Shown: one piece after another, positions 51,021-63,588 of the stretch | Position numbering within the stretch: position 1 is the first letter of the stretch | Layout of the letters: every line of letters starts with the position of its first letter | NCBI GenBank assembly: GCA_964016885.1 | Contig: OZ024745.1 | Coordinates: 75,888,001 to 75,952,000, forward strand | Direction of reading: 5' to 3' | Length of the DNA: 64,000 nucleotides | DNA from: Eledone cirrhosa | Taxonomy: Eukaryota | Notes under the pieces: generated by a model | The model's database searches: none | Seen by the model: only the letters and a program-made list of their open reading frames with translations | Told to the model about the DNA's origin: nothing | Made by a program: the position numbers and the translations under genes

Positions 51021-52720
51021 TTCTCGAGCCACTACTGCGGAAGCTGGAGCTATTGCAGGGCATCCCTCTGGAACCGGGACTGCGGAAAGCGGCGTCGGCC
51101 TACGCCGACGACGTGACAGTAATGGTGTCGAGCGCCTCGCAAATCGAGGAAGTCGGCACCTTACTAAAGGAATACGAAAGTCTCACAGGAGCGAAGCTGA
51201 ACCGGGACAAGTCCATCGGTTTGCAACTCGGATCGTGGAGAGGCAGACCGATGCCTTCCGATAGCGTCGTCGGACGCTGGACGGAAGGACCGGTAAAGCT
51301 GCTCGGGGTCTGGTTTGGTCCGGACCTCCAGGTGGAGAAGAACTGGAACGAAGTGACGGCCAAGGTGTTTGCACTCACCCAGAAGTGGGCCGAGTGCAAA
51401 CTATCCTTGAAAGGTCGAGCGGAGGTGGCGAACACTTTTATAGCGTCCGCCATCTACTACCGCTTGACCGTCGTGCCTTGTCCAGCCAAAACGCTCGCCA
51501 AAATGGAGCGCGCCCTCTTCCGATTCCTTTGGAAGAGGCGGGCTCCTTTGGTAAGAAGATCCATCTGCTGCCAACACCCTTCTAACGGAGGGCTGGGGAT
51601 GCCGTGGTTGACGATGCGCAAACACGCACTCAGGCTGCGGCATCTCTACGTATTCCTCACCGGACAACCGGTGTGGGCCCCGTTCGTGAGGCGAGCCTTC
51701 CCACGACTCGTCTCGCTGACCGAGCTGCAGTCCTGGGTCAAGCAGAGACCGAGGAAAATGGGCGACTGGCACATCGAATGTGCTCAGGCGCTCACAGCCC
51801 TCTGGCAGGCGGACCCGGCGATCAGTGGAGACTCCACTTCGTCATTCTATAGAGGGTTGGTCCGCAGCAAGTGCGACGACGCGCTCGGTGAAACTCTAGG
51901 CGTGGAGGAAGATGAACTGGCCAGTCTGTTCGGTAGGACCTTCCGCCCGGGACCGATGGACAACTTCCAAAAGTCCCTGGCCTGGCAGTGCTACCGAGGA
52001 GCTCTACCAGTTCGAGACAAGCTCTACAGACATGGGCGCCCGGGCAGGGACCCTGCAAAAAAGATCTGTCCGAGGTGCGTGCGAGACGAAGAAACCGTCG
52101 CGCACGCATTCATACACTGCCCGGGCGTCACTGACCTGTGGGGCTATGTAGAACGACTATTGTCGCGGGTGGGACCAATCCAGTTGACCACCGAGTCCAT
52201 TGTCATGATCAAACCGCCACCCTCCTTCAAAAACGAAGGAGAGGCGGTTTTCCTTTGTGTGATAGCTATGGCGAAAGAGGTTGTATGGTGGACAAGGTTG
52301 AAAGGGCTGAGGTCAGACACCTTTCTCTCTGGCCAACAACTGATTCTTTTTTTCAAATACCACTTTGGAAGAAGAATCAGGATGGAGAGAGAGGTGCTGT
52401 ACTCCAGCAAGTTTTATGAAAGGTGGGTGAAAGTGGCGAGAATGGCCCGAGTGAATGGGCCTTCTCTCTATATCAGCCTGTAGGTTGAGGAAAAGGAGGA
52501 GGAGAGGAAAGGAGTACAAGCTCTTCGTACTCCTGGAGATGAGGGTTGCACATTTTTTTCGGGGGTCTGTGTTACCCATATAAACTGTCTCCCTCTATTG
52601 GGGAAAATCGACTAACTTTTAAATTCCATCTGTGATAACATTTTACACGTTTTTATTGTATGTAAACTTCCCCCTTTGTATTTGTCCCCTTCTTTTGTGC
52701 CCCTGTGGCTAATAAAGAAA
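51021..52720 (+). mobile_element. 5'-truncated Tx1/L1-group LINE with uninterrupted ORF2 remainder (to 52483)
   Basis: AYADDVTV, LSLKGR, GGLGMP, CCHC finger CPRC...ETVAHAFIHC; AATAAA at 52711; (TATC)n on the 5' side and tatatctatc on the 3' side; GC/CpG-rich relative to host. Confidence 0.93.
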
Positions 52721-53146
52721 TATATCTATCTTTCCAACAGGGGGCTCAAATATGCGGCCCACAAACTACTTTTCTATGGCCCGTGGTAGAACCAATATTT
52801 CAAATTCCATTATCACTGGTGAAAATAAGGCGGTGAGCTGGGGGAATCATTAGCACATCTGGCGAAATGTTTAGCGGTACTTATTCCGTTTTTACGTTCC
52901 GAGTTCAAATTCCGCCGATCTCTACTTTGCCTTTCATACTTTTGGGGTCGATAAATTAAGTACCAGTTGTGAACTGGGATTGATGTAATCGACGGGACCT
53001 AAACCCTAAATTTCATGCCTTGTGCCAATAGTAGAAATGATTATAAATGAAAATCATCACCACCACGTTTGGCCCACTGTGCCTCTCCTCCAGGACATAA
53101 TGGCCCTTTTATGTCCTTCAGTTTGAGACCCCTTTTCTACACACAT

Positions 53147-53178
<32 letters not shown>

Positions 53179-53514
53179 TGTTAGAGCATTGGCCTTGCAA
53201 TCGAAAGGTTGTGAGTTCAATTCTCAGACCGGGTGATGTGTTGTTTCCTTGAGCAAGACACTTTATTTCACATTGCTCCAGTTTACTCAGCTGTAGAAAT
53301 GAGATGATAGGGACTGGGGTCTCTATCATTCCACTGCAAAGTGGTCGTGGAGGTGCCACGGCAAAAAAGCACCCAGCACACACTGTAAATGAGGTTGGTG
53401 TTAGGAAGGGCATCCAGCTGTAGAAATCAAGCCAGAATCAGTTCCCGTCCCACCCTTGCAAGCAGGGAAAAGCGGACGTAAAATAAAATGATGATGATGA
53501 TGATATATACACTT

Positions 53515-53775
53515 TACTTTTTTTCAGTCGCTGGACTACGCCCATCCTGGAGCATCACCTTAGTAAGTTATGGGGACGTCAACAAACCAACAAGCATTGG
53601 TGGGAGGGCAAACACAAACGCAAAGACACACACAGACATATATACATATATACGACGCGCTTCTTTTAGTTTCGGTCTATCAAATCCACTCACAGAGCCT
53701 TGGTCAGCCCGAGCAGTGGGACTGAACCCGGAAACATGTGGTTGGGAAGCAAACTTCTTGTCACACTGCGCATAT
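53515..53775 (-). mobile_element. Octopus-type tRNA-derived SINE (internally deleted)
   Basis: Minus-strand head ..aaccacatgtttccgggttcagtcccactgc and body gtgagtggatttgatagaccgaaact; degraded relatives at ~40120-40560 and ~44280-44400. Confidence 0.65.
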
Positions 53776-54044
53776 ATATATATATATGTGTGTTATCAAA
53801 TTAACAATGAAAATAAAAATAAGTCAAGTTACTTTATAACTTTGTTTTTATTTTTATTGTTAATTTAATACCTAATATCTGACTCTGTATCTAAAGAATT
53901 AATTCATCGAAACACAGAACTTCTCTATGGATTTTACAAGGTTACATTGAGTTCTATCCAGAGGTAGACCAGACTGAAAAGAGAAAAAATATATATATAT
54001 GTGTGTGTGTATAATATATATATATATATATGCATATATGTGTG

Positions 54045-54075
<31 letters not shown>

Positions 54076-54184
54076 CTTGAGGGCGGTTGACCAGGCTAGA
54101 AGCTGCTAAATGTTCGGCCGCCCTCATGTCTCTGCTTTTCAGCCCCATGGATTTTGTCTATTATATTCCTTTGTTATATTTCGA

Positions 54185-54242
54185 ATACCTGATGATGTCA
54201 CCAGATTCACACTGAACCCGGTCATTGAAATGATCATAGTAT
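54185..54242 (+). ncRNA. Type I hammerhead ribozyme in a ~350-bp pLTR/retrozyme-like unit (54075-54428)
   Basis: Stem I atac/gtat, CTGATGA, extended stem II (acc/ggt, ttca/tgaa), GAAA, palindromic stem III ATGATCAT, AUA site after 54238, AATAAA immediately downstream. Confidence 0.75.
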
Positions 54243-55080
54243 AATAAACCTTTTAAGGAATTACACCAGTCCAGCCTCCGTTATTTTATAAAAATTAACT
54301 CACTACTCGTACCACCAACAACACAAAGACGGGTGAGTTGCATTACGTCGAGTGCTCTCCATAATATTACATCGCGGTTGACCATACGGAATGACCAGTT
54401 CTATCCAGTGGTGAACCAACAAACCTAAATATATATATATATATATAAATCTACATACATACATTTACCTATGTATATAGCTATGCATTTATACATTTGT
54501 ATATACACATGCATTTATATTTAAGTGTGTAAGGACGTTGACATGATTTATGGGTTTTTTTTGGTAAGGAGAAGATTTTGCCTCCTTACCTAGGGAAATT
54601 AAATACCACAGCTCTGGCTGAAAGCTGATCAGGTTCTCAACCTCATCAAACACCAATGCCGGCCTGTGTATGTATATATGTACGTATGCTTCTTTTTCTT
54701 GTCGTTTCTGTTGTTCTTGTAACTGTTGTAAAAATTGAAGTTGTCTTTATTTTCATTTTCTTTGATTTCTTTCGTTTTTCTTTTATCTCCCTAGGGAATT
54801 CGTTGACAAGCTTCTTTTATTTCTTCGTTTTCTTCAAATGCATTCACACTGCATGGCTTATAAAACTTACCTAAGTAAATAGCTTTCCAGTGCTCCCCTA
54901 ACGCCCCACCGGGGGGGGGGGCTGCCCCCATTAAGAACCTTTGCTCTGTATTATTGTATTTTTTTGGTAAAGGCTTTATCTCACATATCAAATTTATGGA
55001 ATTTTGATGAACAATACCTTAACATCAGTATGAGCAGCTAGTTTGAACAGAAAAAGGTGAGAGAATTCTGGCTGGCTTAA

Positions 55081-55260
55081 CCCAGCATTTAAACCGGCCA
55101 GAATTCTCTCACCTTTTTCTGTTCAAACTGCCAGCTCATACTGATGTTAAGGTATTGTTCTCAAAACAAATATCAAAATCTAAGTAAGATAATTATATAA
55201 GATAAAGCCTTTACCACAAAAATACAATAATATATATAGAGTAATGTAAATGCTAAAGGG
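55081..55260. mobile_element. piggyBac-type MITE with adjacent inverted partial copy (54945-55076)
   Basis: TTAA|CCC...AAAGGG|TTAA; 55009-55076 pairs with 55094-55160. Confidence 0.75.
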
Positions 55261-55694
55261 TTAATATTGTGAGTTGAAATCCTCCTCTACTGCAATTATA
55301 TGCCAGAAGCAAGCTTCCTATAAACTGAATCAGGACTAGTATTCATTCCTGATTGATGCTTCACTTCACTTATATTATCAATTATCTCTGGAAATATATA
55401 ATAAATAACTTCAGTTTGTCTCTTTACAAAAGTCAATAAACCTAAATAATTCATGGATATGCAACAGTATTTATGAATAATTAGAATATAGTATTCGGGA
55501 GTGAATAATAATAATTTTATAATAATTGTTTCTACTTTTGGCACAAAGCCAGCAATTATCCCAATGCATTACTGGTATTTTATTTTAGCGACCCCATAAG
55601 GATGAAAGGCTAAGTTAACCTCAGCAGGATTTGAACTCAGAAAGTATCATAACATTATTAATATTTGGTTTGTTTTCAAGCAAACAGCCTCATA

Positions 55695-55830
55695 CCACCA
55701 TAGGCGCTGAGCTAGCCAGCCGTAGGTGTGAGCCCCGCGAGTTGGAGTGGCTTTTCCAGCGCGTCTCCCTTGCCGTCCTCCAGGGAAACGCCTTCTCCAT
55801 TCTGTCCGCCGGGGCTGTGGATGGGCCCCA
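55695..55830 (+). mobile_element. CRE-clade-like non-LTR retrotransposon C-terminal fragment (second copy ~56312-56400)
   Basis: Peptide EPRELEWLFQRVSLAVLQGNAFSIL resembles the LFQRxSxAVQRGNA end of CRE RLE proteins. Confidence 0.6.
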
Positions 55831-56759
55831 TCGCGTACCATTACATTAGTTAAATACCATTCTTTCATCCCAGTAGAGTTAAATAAACATGTTTGTGGTT
55901 CTATATAAAAAAAACTAAAAAAAAACACTACGTGATAGATGACATCATGTTCCAGCGGCAGCTGAGAGAATACAATTGACAATTGTTTTTGAGTGTCTTA
56001 CTGATTAGCCTCATTTGCATACCGAGCGATTTTACGTCCGGCTTTGCCAAAAATAAAAAATAAAAAGTTTTCACTCTCAACGTGGTGGATATCTAAATGT
56101 ATTCGTTAGCGAATAATAATGCTATAATAATATCATAACATTATTAATATTCGGTTTGTTTACAAGTAAACAGCCTCTTAAAATAAAGTACCAGTAATAC
56201 ACTGAGATAATTGCTGGCCTTGTGCCAAAAGTAGAAACCATTATTATTATTCACTCACGAATACATTTAGGTATCCACCAGGTTCAGAAAAAATTTTTTT
56301 TTTCTTTTCAAAGGAAAGAGCCTCACGAGGTGGGGTGGCTGTTGCAGGCCATAGTCCGCGGCAATGCCTTTGCCATTTTGTCCGCGGGGAGCAGCCAAAA
56401 CACCACTCTGATTTAGGTGTAGAATCTGTCACCCTTTCCCCTTCTTTCGTTACTTAAAAATCTTTGCCCTTTCCTCTCATTTAGTTTTTTTTTTACAATG
56501 TTTCTTTCTCTTTCTTTATGTTTGACTAAATATCAAATTCTTTATTATTTTCATATAATTGAAAATTTAGATTTTTCTAATAAAATTTGTATATATTATT
56601 TATACCATAAAAAAATAAAAGATTTTTTCTCGGTAAAATATATACAGAAACTAAATATGAAGAAGTCAAAATTTTACAATGGTTCCAAAATTGAATTTTT
56701 AAAACTGTTATACCGGTAGTCAAACAAGATATAAAATAACGTTTCTTTTAAATTGTAAT

Positions 56760-57043
56760 TATGTGAAATCGCGGTCTTCAATTCGTAACGTGATAGGAAG
56801 ATCTCATTGGTACAATTCAATTATTGACCAGTATTTAAGCTGGAAACTTGTTCACAGACGTCACGTTGTTTTACTATTTGACTGACCCTCCTCCCCCTTC
56901 AAATCCCATAGAAATAAAAAAGAAGTCGTATTATTTTGATTTATAACGCAAAACAGCCAAGCCGACTTTTTCTCTCAAACATCCCGCGAGGACTTGTGCA
57001 GATTTATCATGTGAATTTATTTTTTAAAAGGTAAACCATTAAG
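56760..57043 (+). promoter_or_regulatory. Candidate promoter and non-coding first exon of the downstream gene
   Basis: CpG-retaining unique DNA with an inverted CCAAT (ATTGG ~56806), TATA-like TATTTAA (~56832), CRE-like GACGTCA (~56857) and two donors, AAG|GTAAAC (57031) and AAG|GTAAGA (57044). A strong acceptor lies at 60308 (ttctcttcttcag). Confidence 0.5.
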
Positions 57044-58129
57044 GTAAGATATGAATTCATTTTGAATTAAAGAATATCATATGTTAAGAGATTGTTATTT
57101 TTAACAAGTTACACAATTTAAAAAAAATCTACTACATTAGACAATGTTTCTTGTAGTTTTTTTTTTTTTTTTTTTTAGTTTAGATTATTTTTATTTATTT
57201 TAAAGAGTGATTCGAGAGAACTTTGTTTTCCAATAGAATTCTGTTTGTTGTTTTCTTTTCCTTTTGTTTTTATACCATAGGGAGTTTGTATTTTAAAGAG
57301 AAGTTTGTCATACCATTTTATTTGTGGATAATAATAAAACAACAAAAGTAAACAACGAATGATAATAAAACTGTTGTGAAAATAAAAATGAAAGGAGCTG
57401 GCAACTAAAATAACAAGAGCAGGTGGTGGTGGGGAAATAAGTCCTATAAACTGTTGATAGCTGTAGGTGGAAGTTTTTATTTATCTGAAATCAAGATTTT
57501 CAAAATTTCTAATTGTAAATTGTGAAACATAATTAATGAAATTCGTTAATTAAAAAAATAAGTTACTTTTGTAAAAGAAAATTCAAATGCATCCTTCGAA
57601 AAGTAATCAATACTCTCAAACTTTTTAAAACTTTAGCTTGGTTTATTTACAATAACGGATTCTAGCAACGCCATTCATTAAGGTGACATGTGCGACTACA
57701 CTTGGCTAATTTCTTGTTTCACCGACAACTTAAAAGTAGTTGTTGATTGAAGATATTTTTTAGTGTTCACAAGGCTAGTTTTTATTTTAAAAAAATGACT
57801 TAAAGATTATTATATCGGCTTCATTTATAACTGAGCATTTTTTTTTTTTTATTCTAAAAAAGTAATTAATTTATTTTGATGTTTAATAGTTGTGGATTTT
57901 TATTATATTGAAAATGAAAGTTGCTGTTAAAACGAGAACTTACTTGTTACTAATCTCAGTGGAGTTTCCTTTATATTTTGTTTACATTTGCTACTTGTTT
58001 AAGGAACTGTTCCTACTATTACGATATATTAGCAAGCGTGGTAGGCACATACGATATGTGGTATGTACAATAAACATAGATAAGTCTCGCTAAAAATGTT
58101 TTAAGCTGTCTCAGTAGTGTGAAGACGAC

Positions 58130-58942
58130 AAATCCCCATCGATTTCAGTAAGAAATAATTATTTTTCAATTTTTTTTTTTTCGTCTACTAACAACTAATC
58201 TGACCTCCGAACATGTCACAATTCACTTTTTCCCGGAAGGGAGACTTCCCTCACCCATGGAGTTTTCTTTATCAGTTTTTGTTTTTTTTCAAGAATTGCA
58301 GGAGCTAGTGTAGTAATAGTAATGCACAAGCTTCAGTAATCAGCAGAGAGGTAGGCATAAAAGCCAAACTCGCTATTTTTCAATTCGGTATCCGTGCCAA
58401 CCTTCACCTATGGTCATGAATCATGGGTAATGACCGAAAGAATACGATCGTGAATACAAGCAGCCGAAATGGGGCTCCTCCGAAGTGTCTTTGGAGTAAT
58501 GTTATTCGATAGAGTGCGTAGCTCGGAGATGAGAGATCACAGCTCAGTTACTATGGGCATGTGTTTAGGATAGAATTGCGGAACAGATTTTACGGGCAAA
58601 ACCAACCGGCAGGAGACACAGGGGTAGACCCCGAACAAGATGGTTGGATAACATCCATGACATTGGCCCCCACCTTTCTTGTGTTTGGTGAGCAATTATT
58701 TTTTTCGTGTGCTATCAACGAATCTGATTCCCAAACACGCTAACCCTAACCACTAACACTAATCCTAAAATCCTAATCCCATGAGAAGTCCGAAGGTTCC
58801 CCCCCCCCCCCCCCCATCCGTATTTTCATGGGGAAAAGATCCTTTGCAGCATATTCGGAGGTAAGTTTAATTGATAACACGAAAAACTGAGGAAAAGTAA
58901 TTATTTCATACTGAAATCAATGGGAGTGTTCTATAATAAACC
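58130..58942. mobile_element. Merlin-like MITE, third degraded copy, interrupted by an RTE fragment (~58280-58680)
   Basis: Shares the TIR motifs (gatttcagt..., tatcaactaatct..., gtgttctata..aacc). The internal piece translates to RTE-type PTFTYGHESWVMTERIRS. Confidence 0.6.
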
Positions 58943-59559
58943 TTATTTTTTCCTTGTGGATTTTGTTTTAGTTTGAAAAGTCTTTCAAAACCGTTGGAAA
59001 TTACGTATATTTTAGATTACCGTCGGGTGTGTGGCTCTTTTGGTTTTAGAGGTGATGGAAGGGAAGTTTGTTTTTCATATACTTTTTAATGTTTTGAATG
59101 AATTTGAATTTCAAAACCGGAAATTATTCGTTTTTTAGTTTACCCTACCTCCTTACATCTATCTGGGAGTTCTTGGATGGGGGAATCACAGAAGACTAAT
59201 TTATGATAATTTTAACTAATCCTATCAACTAACTACACTTAAAAAGAATATTTAAAGAAAGCCATAACATTTAATTACTTTATGCACTAGCCTGTTAAGG
59301 CTCTTCCATGTCTTCACACATAATCTAATTTTTAAATGGATGATGCGTTGCTAACGATATGAGAGATGTTGGTATAAATAGGCTGATTCAATAAAAAAAA
59401 AACTGGTGTAGAAGATTTTGCTTGTCTTGAACAGAAGAAATGGAGCTATTGACTTTGTTGGTAACAAAGGGATTCTCTCTTCAAGTGAAGTGCAACATCA
59501 AATGGCAGTGAGACTTGGGCAATGAATACAGAGGATATGTGAAAGCTAGAGAATCGAAT

Positions 59560-59872
59560 TGAGTATGTTCTGTTGGATGTGTAATGTTAGTAAGCACAGA
59601 TAGTCTGAGAAAAACTGGGCAAAATGGGAATCAAGGTTGGGTTATTATAGACATGAAATGCATATGGATGATTATCATTGAATGATGTGGAAGGAAGCCA
59701 TGGAAGAGGAAGACGAAGAAAGATGTGAACAGGAGTTGTGAACGCTGATCTCAAGAAACTGAACCTTACAAAAATGATGAAAGAAAGGAACAAGTGGCGG
59801 GATGCTGTACTGGAGAAGATCCATCTAACCCATGCAAGCATAAAATAACAGATATAAATACATTTATGATGA
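59560..59872 (+). mobile_element. Old RTE 3' fragment
   Basis: VEGSHGRGRRRKM, DLKKLNLT, WRDAVLEK; tail aacccatgcaagc..gatgatg. Confidence 0.7.
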
Positions 59873-60652
59873 TGGAAATGGTCTTTTTTTAAAGGAATTT
59901 TGGTTATTTCTGTCACAATTATTATCCCATTCACTCTTATAAATCAATGTTTTGTGTTATTGATTTCTTAAGAAGGTACATGGTCCCATTTGCAAAAGTC
60001 TGTATTGTTCATGGCTTGTGACATGAATATGACTTGGAGCTTGTCATTGTGGTAATAAATACCATTTGGTTTCAAAACTATCCATCTATAGGTGATCAAT
60101 TCTATTGACTTATTGAGAGGCACAACAAGAGTTGAATATTTATACATTTGTCAAAGTCATCAGTGGCATAGTGAAATAACAGCTGTGATTCTTCCTGTTT
60201 TCAGAAATATAGAAATGAAATTTATTCTAGATAGAAGTGATTTTTGTATCATATGATGGAATTTATTTTAGCAAATTTTAATGTCTTTTCCCCCATTCTC
60301 TTCTTCAGAATCTTCCAATTGGTTTTTGGGAACCTGGATGCCAGCTATTGAAAACCTGTTTGAATGAATTCCTTTTATAGAAATGTTGCCTCAGTTTTTG
60401 AAATGTTAAACTAGTTTTTTTTTATATTTCAATGATTCATGTATAGTAAATATATATATATATATTTAAAATTTGAAGATAAAACCTTAAATTTTCTATA
60501 AAATAACTAGTTTAAAATTTTAAAGGTAAAAAAAAAATTCCATTATTCAAATTTGCAATAAATAAAAGCCAGGATATATTGGAAGAATTTAAAGAATAGA
60601 AAATAAGCTACTTTATCAAAATAAACTATTTTGCTATTAATTTAAGTTAGAT

Positions 60653-61432
60653 ATGGCTCAGGCTCCAAAAGCAAGAAAGAGAAAACGGTATTCAAATACT
60701 TACTCAAATAAAGAGAACATAAACAATAACTTTGATATTTATAATTCAGCTGTTGACAATAATTCAACAGCATTTTCTTTTTCTTACCAAAATACACCAA
60801 ACCTCTGTAGTCAGCGACTGAAAACCTTTAACTTTTTCCCAGCTGAATTAGTTAATAGAGAGCCACCATTCTACTACGATGAACAACAACTTCAAAAACG
60901 GCGGAGATTATCTAATACCTATACGCCAAATATTCCACCATTCTTTTTTCAAAAGATTGAAGAAATAGTGCAGTCAATTGAAGTCATTCATAAAAATGTT
61001 CTTTTTAACCTGAAGAAAATAAAGGACATGAAAATAAGGGAGATAAAGTCAAAGTTTCATACATTGGCAGAAGAAGGACCAGTTACACCTTTAACACAAA
61101 ATCCACAACAAAGGAATGATTTATCTGCAGCTCAGTTTTTTTACCACCGCTCTTTGAAAAATGATTTTTATACTAAAATGGATTCAATTACTGATTTCTA
61201 TAATCATCAAAAAGAACAACTTAAATTCCAAATTAATTCTGTCATGCAGCAAATTAACGATTCCTCTTTGTTTATAAATGATTCTATGAGTATCCAAGTA
61301 CCTGTACCAAAAGGACCATGTTCTAAGAATGACTATTTTCTTTCTTATGAATTAATAACGCTCCCTCTTTATATGGCAGCTGACTTTATTAAAGAAGAAG
61401 AAATATACACAGCTTATTATTTACACATGTAG
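60653..61432 (+). CDS. Hypothetical 259-aa protein of unknown function (basic NLS-like motifs, helical central region)
   Basis: 780-nt ORF in very AT-rich non-repetitive DNA, unlikely by chance. No TE motif recognised. Basic clusters KARKRKR and KRRRLS. Donor-like sites lie just after the stop (GTGAGT 61437, TAG|GTATGT 61472). Confidence 0.65.
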   Translation: MAQAPKARKRKRYSNTYSNKENINNNFDIYNSAVDNNSTAFSFSYQNTPNLCSQRLKTFNFFPAELVNREPPFYYDEQQLQKRRRLSNTYTPNIPPFFFQKIEEIVQSIEVIHKNVLFNLKKIKDMKIREIKSKFHTLAEEGPVTPLTQNPQQRNDLSAAQFFYHRSLKNDFYTKMDSITDFYNHQKEQLKFQINSVMQQINDSSLFINDSMSIQVPVPKGPCSKNDYFLSYELITLPLYMAADFIKEEEIYTAYYLHM

Positions 61433-63466
61433 TAAAGTGAGTGATTTGATATAAACCGAGCACTAGACTAGGTATGTCACAGTGTCTAATTTGGTGTCCC
61501 ATGTTTCTCATGCAAGTGCTACTGATTTAATTTTGCCTTTGGAATTAAAGTGGCCTACTGGTTAGTGTTGACAATTTGATTCCTGTGCTGTGTTCTTGAG
61601 CAAGATGCTTCATTTCACATTGCTTTTCATGATACAACTAAACACCCGAGAAACCTCGACGGAGACCAGCTAAACCTTCAGGAGGAGGGAGCTGTAAATT
61701 TCAGGAACTGTGGTTACAACAACATTAAAATCATCACTGAGAGTAAAATCTTTCATATATGTATTAATTTTGATGGTTTTCTGGTGACAATTTTTTAAAT
61801 TTGTAGAAGTTTTAATATACAGTAAAGGAAAATGTACATTTAGACTGTTGTTTATAGTTTGATTATATGAATGCCGGGTACTTCATGTAAAGGAAAGAAT
61901 CTTTAAACTGGCCATAACCGGCCAGAATTCTCTCGCCACTTTCTGTTCAAAGCGGCTGTAATCCAGCCACTCATACTGATGTTAAGGCATACTTCTCAAA
62001 TTAAATATCAAAATCTCATAGATTCCATATTATGTGAGATAAAGCCTTTATCACAAAAATACAATAGCATATATAGGGTTAAATAACAATTTGAAATTAT
62101 ATAGGTGATTTCTGTTTAGACTGTCAAATTGAATGTTTCTTTGGAAAGCTACATATTTTTTTATCATAATATTGAATATATTTCATAAATGGTTTTCATA
62201 ATTGTTCCAACATGCAAAATACTGCTGTGAACAATTAGGTCCTAGTAAGTAGAAGATAAAACAGCCCTGATCCCCTCACGAAAATGGCCTTATCTTGTCC
62301 AAATGTTTCAGTGTCTAATTCAAACTAATTATTAGCCATACTATTAAAACTGACTATTGTGTTTTATCAGGAGGGTTTCACGTAACTTTTTTTTTCTATG
62401 GTCTAGGTGCTTCTAAAAGGAAGGTGTTGCACAGACATGAAGTTGGCAATCTGCAGTAATGCATGTCTCTGGTTCCAATAATCCACTGCCAGCTTAGTAT
62501 TTCTCTGGCTCTGAAGTCTGAACATTTGGTGTTATAGACCCAGAAAGCTGGCTAGCCAATTGGCAATGCATTGTTGCTCTATGAACTAGATGTCAGTTAT
62601 GGCACCAGCCATCTGTCTAATGTCTTCATTTCTGACCCAGTCCCTTATAAATTTGCCAGAGATAACACATCTCACAGGGATTTGTCCAGAGTCCAAGTTA
62701 GGCATTTGTAAGTAAGGGTGTGAATGAAGATTAGTTTGGCTTGATCTCCATAGGTACACTAGAAGTGTTTTTTGATAGCTGTCTTTGCTTTGTCTAAAGT
62801 CTGTCTTAAGCTAGAAGGCTCATTTGGCCGGTGCTTATCTTGGTTTCATGGTGTGAAGTGACAGTACAAGACTCCATCCCCTGGACAGGATGCCAGTCCA
62901 TCGCAGGGTGAAACTCCCAGTTATTGCTGGTACTCATTTTCAGCTGAGTATACTGGAGCAACGTTAAATGAAGTGTTTCGTTCAAGAACACAACCCAGGA
63001 ATCAAACACACAACATTATGATCATAAATCCAACACCCTTAAAACTAGGCCATGTCCGACAACTGGAACAACATCAAGTGCTTCCTTCAGGCAGATTGAG
63101 TCTTCCTTGGAAAAACGTCATCTCACATATCTCTGCTCCAGATTGTCACCGAATAGCAGCACATAGCTCAATTTGGTGCCCTCGTCATCAACCTGTGCAC
63201 TCACGTTGGAGTTGCCCAGTGCCTTGGCCTGCACCCACTATCATGTCGACTTACCACACACTGTTCCCCAGACACTTAAGTGAGGCGGATAGGCCCTTCT
63301 GTCTGCAAGGTATGGCTGAATCACCACAGACTGGGGTATAGAGTCTGTCCCTTTCCTGTGTTGCTTCATTTTCTTTTTTTTCCTTCCCTTTCCTTTTTTG
63401 TTTCTTTTAAATATTATTTTGTCCAACTTTACAATGTTATCTTATGGCATACACTTCGGTAATATA

Positions 63467-63588
63467 CAGGGTGCCCCCCCCCCCCCCCCCAAAAAAAAAT
63501 ATATATATATACACACTTTGATTACCTGTACAGGCAATATTTATTAAAATGCTGTTGAAATGTGTATACATTTTTTAGGGACACCCCG
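63467..63588. mobile_element. Tiny Tc1/mariner-type MITE
   Basis: TA|CAGGGTG(C)CCC..AAAAAAA ... TTTTTTAGGGACACCCCG|TA termini. Confidence 0.6.

Noticed and set aside
58738-58780. Interstitial telomere (ctaacc-like repeats)
   Set aside because: Short, degenerate and internal to the MITE.
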